DNA of 54,090 nucleotides from Candidatus Parvarchaeota archaeon (lineage in GTDB: Archaea; Nanobdellota; Nanobdellia; JAFCGN01). The notes beneath the pieces were generated by a model. It had not been told where the DNA came from. It did no database searches and worked only from the letters and a program-made list of their open reading frames with translations. Shown piece after piece: positions 49,218 through 54,090 of this stretch (within the stretch, counting starts at the first letter, position 1; every line of letters begins with the position of its first letter). Location: NCBI GenBank assembly GCA_017609105.1, contig JAFCEQ010000002.1, forward strand, positions 1 to 54,090, in the 5' to 3' direction. Made by a program: the position numbers and the translations under genes.

Positions 49218-49877
49218 TTAAAAAGCGTATTTTATTGACATTGCTATTATCCTGTTCCCTATTTCTTTTGATTTGTTCGCTATTTGAGTTATTGTGAAAA
49301 TAATATCTTTTAGTATTCTTACTTCTCTTGTTTTAATATCGAGTTTGTGTGTTTCTTTGTAAATTTTGTATTCATTGCTTCTTACTTCATCTCTTACTTC
49401 TCCTATTCTTTTTGCAATTTCTCTTGACAAACTGAAATCTTTTTTTAATTTATGTATTGAATCTTTTAGTAATCTAACCGCGTCTATTGTTTTTTGAGTT
49501 AAAATAATTGTTTTTTCTTTTACTTCTTTCGGCATTTTTATTTTGCTTATTTCCATAAGCCTTGTTGCCCTATCACTTAAATCTGCTAATTCATCAATTT
49601 CATTTATTAAATTAAACCAATCCTCGCTTGAATACGGGAGTAATCTTCCGTTGAATAATTCTTTTGTAAGGTGTTCAACAATTACATCGCACTCAACTTC
49701 TTTTTTGCTTACAATAATTGCTTTTTCCTCCATTTCTTTTTCATTTAAAAAATCTTTAATTGAATCCTCGAGTGTTAGAACTGTTTCATAAACTTTGTCA
49801 CTTAAATTGCTTAATTCATCAAAAATTATTGTTTCTGTTCCACTTATTTTTTTTAATATTTTTTTCCACATCTTCAT
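49218..49877 (-). CDS. DUF47/PhoU-like Pit accessory protein
   Basis: EVECD...LF...LLPY..ED...L...ID.LAD; divergent from a PiT transporter. Confidence 0.85.
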   Translation of the reverse strand: MKMWKKILKKISGTETIIFDELSNLSDKVYETVLTLEDSIKDFLNEKEMEEKAIIVSKKEVECDVIVEHLTKELFNGRLLPYSSEDWFNLINEIDELADLSDRATRLMEISKIKMPKEVKEKTIILTQKTIDAVRLLKDSIHKLKKDFSLSREIAKRIGEVRDEVRSNEYKIYKETHKLDIKTREVRILKDIIFTITQIANKSKEIGNRIIAMSIKYAF

Positions 49878-49929
49878 TTTATATTTAAAATCGGTGTTTT
49901 TTTATAAAATAATCGTTTAATGTTAATTT

Positions 49930-50850
49930 ATGATTGAAGTATTGCTTGCTTTGTTTGTTGCAATAGGCATGGGCTCTAATGAGGAGAGTTTTTCTTGTGT
50001 TGTAGCAAGCAAATCTTTGAAAATAAAGTGGATTGTTGTTTTAACGAGTATTGCTGTTTTTTTTGGAGCAATGTTTTTTGGACAATTAGTTAGTGAAACT
50101 TTTAATAGCATAACTAATGTTGAACCTAGTAATTCATTTATTATTGCTGTTTTATTGAGTATTGGTTTTTGGTTTATGTTTGCTAATATTTTCGGTCTGC
50201 CCATTTCAACTACAACAAGTGTTGTTGGCGCTCTTTCTGGCGCAGCATTAATGGTTGGGGGAAGCATTAATTTTATTATAATTAGGGATATTGTTCTTTC
50301 TTGGTTTTTTTCTCCTTTAATGGGTTTCTTGTTTGCTTATTTTTTGGATAAACTTATTTTAATGATTATTGTTAAGAACACTCATAATTTTAGGCAAAGA
50401 GAATTAATTGAAAGGATTTCTTCAAGATTATTAATTCTTGTAACTCTTGTTTTAGTGTTTTTTAGAGGAGCTAATGATGTTGCTAATGCTGTTTTTTTCT
50501 TTGTTCCTGAGAACCCTTTTAAATTTAAGTTATTAGGCGCTATTGGCATGAGTTTAGGTGCTTTATTTTTTAGCGGGAGATTGATTAAACATGTTGGAAC
50601 AAAATTAACTGAATTAAATCCTTCTTCTTCTCTTTCAACTCAAATTAGTTCAATGCTTGTTGTTGCATTATTTACTTTTCTTAAAATGCCTGTGAGCGGT
50701 TCAACCGTGTTTGTTTCAGGGCTTGTTGGTTCAGGACTCGCGAGAAACAAGAAAGTTAATTCGAACACTTTTTATAACATGCTTTTCTCTTGGGTAATCA
50801 CTCTTCCAGCTTGTGCTTTATTAAGCGCTGTCTTTATTTTTTTATTATGA
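49930..50850 (+). CDS. Inorganic phosphate transporter (PiT family)
   Basis: GLPISTT..VVGAL.G, SWFFSP, GANDVANA, MPVS, SWVITLP. Confidence 0.9.
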   Translation: MIEVLLALFVAIGMGSNEESFSCVVASKSLKIKWIVVLTSIAVFFGAMFFGQLVSETFNSITNVEPSNSFIIAVLLSIGFWFMFANIFGLPISTTTSVVGALSGAALMVGGSINFIIIRDIVLSWFFSPLMGFLFAYFLDKLILMIIVKNTHNFRQRELIERISSRLLILVTLVLVFFRGANDVANAVFFFVPENPFKFKLLGAIGMSLGALFFSGRLIKHVGTKLTELNPSSSLSTQISSMLVVALFTFLKMPVSGSTVFVSGLVGSGLARNKKVNSNTFYNMLFSWVITLPACALLSAVFIFLL

Positions 50851-50933
50851 AATTTTTTTTTTGCACAAAGTTTTTTTCTTATACAAAAATTTTATATTAT
50901 TCTTTCTTGTTTTTTTTATTTGGTGGTTTTATA

Positions 50934-51968
50934 ATGGATGTTAACTCTAAAATGAATTTTATTGCTCGTAATACGCAAGAAATAGTAACTAAAAAAGAAT
51001 TTAGGGAATTGCTTGAGAAAGAAAAAAAACCTGTTGTTTATTGGGGTACTGCTCCTACAGGTAAAGTGCATGTTGGTTATTACATTCCTATGATTAAATT
51101 AGCGGATTTTGTTAGAACGGGTTTTAAGGTAAAAGTTTTGATTGCTGATTTGCATGCTCATTTAGATGATTTAAAAACTCCTTGGGAGTTATTAGAACAC
51201 AGGTCAAAATATTATGAGCTTTGTGTTAAAGCAATGCTTAAATCTCTTGGCGTGAACTTAAAGCAAATAAAATTTGTTCGTGGTTCTGATTTTCAATTAA
51301 CTCCTAATTATTCTAGGGATTTATTAAGATTAGTGGCAATAGTAACTCTTAATCGTTCAAGAAGAGCTGCAAGCGAGGTTGTTAGGTTTAAAGAAGATCC
51401 TAAGCTTGGAGGATTCATTTATCCTTTAATGCAGACATTGGATGTTCCTTATTTGGAAGCAGATGTTGCTTTCGGCGGTGTGGATCAAAGAGGGATTTAC
51501 ATGCTTTCAAGAGAAATTCTTCCTGAGATTGGTTATAAAAAACCGATTTGCGTTTTTAATCCAATGCTTCCAGGACTTACTGGGGAGAAGATGAGTGCAA
51601 GTGTTAAAAAATCTAAGATTGACTTGCTTGATTCTGAAGAAGAAGTTGAGATGAAAATTAATTCAGCTTATTGTCCTAAAGGTATTGTTGAGAAGAACGG
51701 TGTTTTAGCTTTTGTGGAGCACGTGATTTTTCCAATAAAAGATAATGTGAATGAAACTTTTTTGATTGAGCGTTCTCAAAAATTCGGTGGGAATCTTGAA
51801 TACAAGAATTATTCTGAATTAGTGAAGGATTATAGAAAAGGTGTTCTTCATCCTTTGGATTTAAAGAAAGCTGTGGCAAGGGAAATAAATGTTTTATTAA
51901 AGGTTGTGAGAAAAGAATTTGAAAATAAGAAAGAATTAGTTAAAAAAGCTTATCCAGAGGAGGAATGA
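50934..51968 (+). CDS. tyrS: Tyrosine--tRNA ligase (archaeal type)
   Basis: YWGTAPTGKVHVGY, ADLHAHLD, YPLMQ.LD, GGVDQR, KMSAS, LHPLDLK; start ATG 50934. Confidence 0.96.
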   Translation: MDVNSKMNFIARNTQEIVTKKEFRELLEKEKKPVVYWGTAPTGKVHVGYYIPMIKLADFVRTGFKVKVLIADLHAHLDDLKTPWELLEHRSKYYELCVKAMLKSLGVNLKQIKFVRGSDFQLTPNYSRDLLRLVAIVTLNRSRRAASEVVRFKEDPKLGGFIYPLMQTLDVPYLEADVAFGGVDQRGIYMLSREILPEIGYKKPICVFNPMLPGLTGEKMSASVKKSKIDLLDSEEEVEMKINSAYCPKGIVEKNGVLAFVEHVIFPIKDNVNETFLIERSQKFGGNLEYKNYSELVKDYRKGVLHPLDLKKAVAREINVLLKVVRKEFENKKELVKKAYPEEE

Positions 51969-51969
51969 A

Positions 51970-52539
51970 TTGTTTTTTCATAAGTGTTCTTCTTGCAAGA
52001 AAAAAATAAAAAAAGCGATTTTTGTTAGAACGCAGAATAATCATTATTGTTCTTATTGTTTTGTGCGCTTTATTGAAAGAAAGTTTAAGGCTAATCTCAG
52101 TAAGAATAACTTAATTGATGAGGGCGACGTGATTAAATTAAGTAAGTCAAGGAAGCCTAATGTTTTAGCAGTGAATCATATTTTTCATAAAATATTTGAT
52201 GATAATCCAAGCATTAATTTATCTTATAAACGTGGTAATAAAAGAGTTAATTATTTAGTAGCAGAGGAGCTTTTATTTGATTTTTTAAATAAAATTGGGG
52301 ATAATGAAAGTTTTTTCTTTTCTGTGAAAAAAGTTAATCAAATATTTCCTTGTTATAATTTTATGTTAGAGGATTTTGAAAATTATTGTAAGGCAAAAAA
52401 AATTGAATTCATTAAGAAAGGGTTTGCAAGAAAACAGGAAATTTTGTTGAAAAATTTTTTGGATTCAATAATTAAAATACGTCCTGGAGCTGTTTATAGT
52501 GCAATAAGAACGCTTGAGGAGTTGGATTTAGTGAAATGA
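51970..52539 (+). CDS. Degenerate TtuA/Ncs6-like protein (Zn finger kept, PP-loop lost)
   Basis: CSSC...YCSYCF.RFIERKFK....NLI..GD.I and C-terminal FLDSI...RPG; no SGGKDS. Confidence 0.6.
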   Translation: MFFHKCSSCKKKIKKAIFVRTQNNHYCSYCFVRFIERKFKANLSKNNLIDEGDVIKLSKSRKPNVLAVNHIFHKIFDDNPSINLSYKRGNKRVNYLVAEELLFDFLNKIGDNESFFFSVKKVNQIFPCYNFMLEDFENYCKAKKIEFIKKGFARKQEILLKNFLDSIIKIRPGAVYSAIRTLEELDLVK

Positions 52540-52566
52540 AATCAAATTCAAAAGAGGTTTTGAAAA

Positions 52567-52896
52567 ATGGTTCATGAAAAAATTATTAATTCTGTTGAGG
52601 AAGTAATCATTATTTCACCGAGAGGAGAGTTTAAAACAAAGGCAAGAATTGATACTGGAGCTTATAGGACTAGTGTTGATAAGGATTTTGTGCTTTCTCT
52701 TGGTTTAAAAATTTTAGATAATAAAGTTATGGTTAGGAGTGCGAGCGGAAGACAAGAAAGGAGTTTATGCGAGTTAGAGTTTGAACTTAAAGGAGTTAAA
52801 ATAAAAACGATTTCTTCTGTTTCTGAAAGAAAGCATATGAAATATAAAATGATTATTGGTAGAAAGGATTTAAAAAACTTTTTGGTTAAACCATAA
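52567..52896 (+). CDS. Retropepsin-like RimK-associated protease (RimB-like)
   Basis: KARIDTGA..TS, VRSASG...R, R..MKY.MIIGR..L..FLV.P. Confidence 0.85.
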   Translation: MVHEKIINSVEEVIIISPRGEFKTKARIDTGAYRTSVDKDFVLSLGLKILDNKVMVRSASGRQERSLCELEFELKGVKIKTISSVSERKHMKYKMIIGRKDLKNFLVKP

Positions 52897-52976
52897 GTTT
52901 TAAAATGTGTTTTTATTTGCTATTAAATAAATGGTGTGGTTGTTTAATTAATAATTATGAGTAAAGTGATTTAATA

Positions 52977-53957
52977 ATGAAAGTTTGTCTTCTTGCTTAT
53001 AAAAAAATAAGTTTTTCTAAGAAATATTACCTTCATTTAGTGGAGGAATTAAAGAAAAAATTTGATAGCGTGCTTCTCGCTAATATAGAAAATGTTACTC
53101 TTAAAGTTGATTCCACAGGGCTTACGAGAATTTTTTATAAGAATCAGAAACTTGATGACTTTGATGTGATTATTCCAAGAATCGGGCCTAGTTATGTTAA
53201 TTTTTGGCAGTTAATTCATCAAGAATTAAAAAATAATACTTATATTCCTAATTCTGTGGATTCTTATAAGATTGCTAAAAACAAGTTTTTAACTTTGATG
53301 AAATTGAATGAAAATAATATTCCTGTTCCAAAAACAATTTTATCAATTGATATTGATTTAGCGAAAAAAAAATTGGTTGAATTAGGCGAGCCATTAATAA
53401 TAAAGAAGATGAGCAGTAGTGGTGGGAGGGGCGTGATTTTTTCAAAAGATATTAAAAGTGCGAACACTGTTTTAGATGCTTTACCTCATAAGAGCGGGGA
53501 GGAAATTTTTCTTGAAGAATACATTCCAAACCCGGGTGAGGACATAAGATTATTTGTTGTTGGTGATGAAGTTGTTGCTTGCGCTAAAAGAGTTGCTAAA
53601 AAAGAAGATATTAGAAGCAATATTCATGCAGGAGGAACTTATAAGAATTACACTCCAACAGCGGAAATGAAGAGGTTGGCTTTAAAATCTGCTAAGACAA
53701 TAGGCGCTGATATTTGCGGCGTGGATATTATTGAAGGCCCTGAAGGACCTGTGATCGTGGAAGTTAATATGAATCCAGGTTTTACTATAAGTGATATAAC
53801 AGGGGTTAATATTGCTAAAAGAATATCAGATTTTATTTATGCTGAAGCGAATCTTTTTTGGAAGAGAAAAAGAAACAAACTCCTTTATGATAAGTTAAGT
53901 GTTAGATGGGAGAATGTTGTGAATAACATAATAAGAAAATTTAATTTTGAAAAATAA
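52977..53957 (+). CDS. RimK/LysX family ATP-grasp alpha-L-glutamate ligase
   Basis: IPRIG, NKF.T, IPVPKT, SGGRGV, EEYI, DIRLFVVG, RSNIHAGG, GVDII, EVN.NPG. Confidence 0.92.
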   Translation: MKVCLLAYKKISFSKKYYLHLVEELKKKFDSVLLANIENVTLKVDSTGLTRIFYKNQKLDDFDVIIPRIGPSYVNFWQLIHQELKNNTYIPNSVDSYKIAKNKFLTLMKLNENNIPVPKTILSIDIDLAKKKLVELGEPLIIKKMSSSGGRGVIFSKDIKSANTVLDALPHKSGEEIFLEEYIPNPGEDIRLFVVGDEVVACAKRVAKKEDIRSNIHAGGTYKNYTPTAEMKRLALKSAKTIGADICGVDIIEGPEGPVIVEVNMNPGFTISDITGVNIAKRISDFIYAEANLFWKRKRNKLLYDKLSVRWENVVNNIIRKFNFEK

Positions 53958-53960
53958 TGG

Positions 53961-54089
53961 TTAATCTTCAAACAAGAGTTCTTGCAGACCTTCTATCTTT
54001 GATTTATTCTTTTTGTCAGGCGTTTTTTTCTTATTTTCAACAAGCCAAAGCAAGTTATTTAACTTATTTCTCGCTTCATTTTTCATTCT
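53961..54089 (-). CDS. 3' end of a gene entering from beyond the window
   Basis: Minus frame ...RMKNEARNKLNNLLWLVENKKKTPDKKNKSKIEGLQELLFED* open to the edge, convergent with the RimK gene. Confidence 0.55.
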   Translation of the reverse strand, partial: RMKNEARNKLNNLLWLVENKKKTPDKKNKSKIEGLQELLFED

Positions 54090-54090
54090 T

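Noticed and set aside
50790..50933. N-terminal extension of tyrS
   Set aside because: Overlaps the PiT gene and a T-rich promoter region; homology starts at ATG 50934 after a GGTGG SD
14139..52938. Shared 11-mer TAAATGGTGTG in the PRC-barrel and rimK upstream regions
   Set aside because: Only two occurrences, non-palindromic and SD-like; compatible with chance
53957..54090. Plus-strand ORF starting at the TAATG overlap after rimK
   Set aside because: The minus-strand frame has far more typical composition for this genome

Overview
AT-rich, gene-dense archaeal chromosomal segment. Archaeal origin is shown by a proteasome beta subunit, aCPSF1/FttA, exosome-type DnaG, aTrm56, LonB, HerA-NurA-Mre11-Rad50, an S-layer protein and a BHB-type tRNA intron. 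Compactness and split or degenerate genes suggest a DPANN-type lineage (inference). It holds about 55 CDS, 5 tRNAs (Pro-TGG, Val-TAC, iMet-CAT, intron-containing Leu-CAA, Val-CAC) and an SRP RNA. No CRISPR array, transposase, integrase or rRNA is seen. The main unexplained signals are: (1) a structured ~140-150-bp element in two direct copies (81-bp identical core) bracketing an HTH-cdc48-scpA-scpB-PRC-lonB-tldD-tldE block next to smc, with local C/G skew changes; (2) a GC-rich H/ACA-like hairpin and a 30-bp inverted repeat upstream of dnaG; (3) an SRP RNA that appears to lack helix 6; (4) a split Hef with a kinase gene between its halves; (5) a RimB-RimK pair downstream of a TyrRS ending in EEE; (6) an RCK channel with a degenerate filter and an internal start; (7) a gene-conversion-like tract inside cdc48. 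All calls come from motif recognition by eye; no database searches were run.
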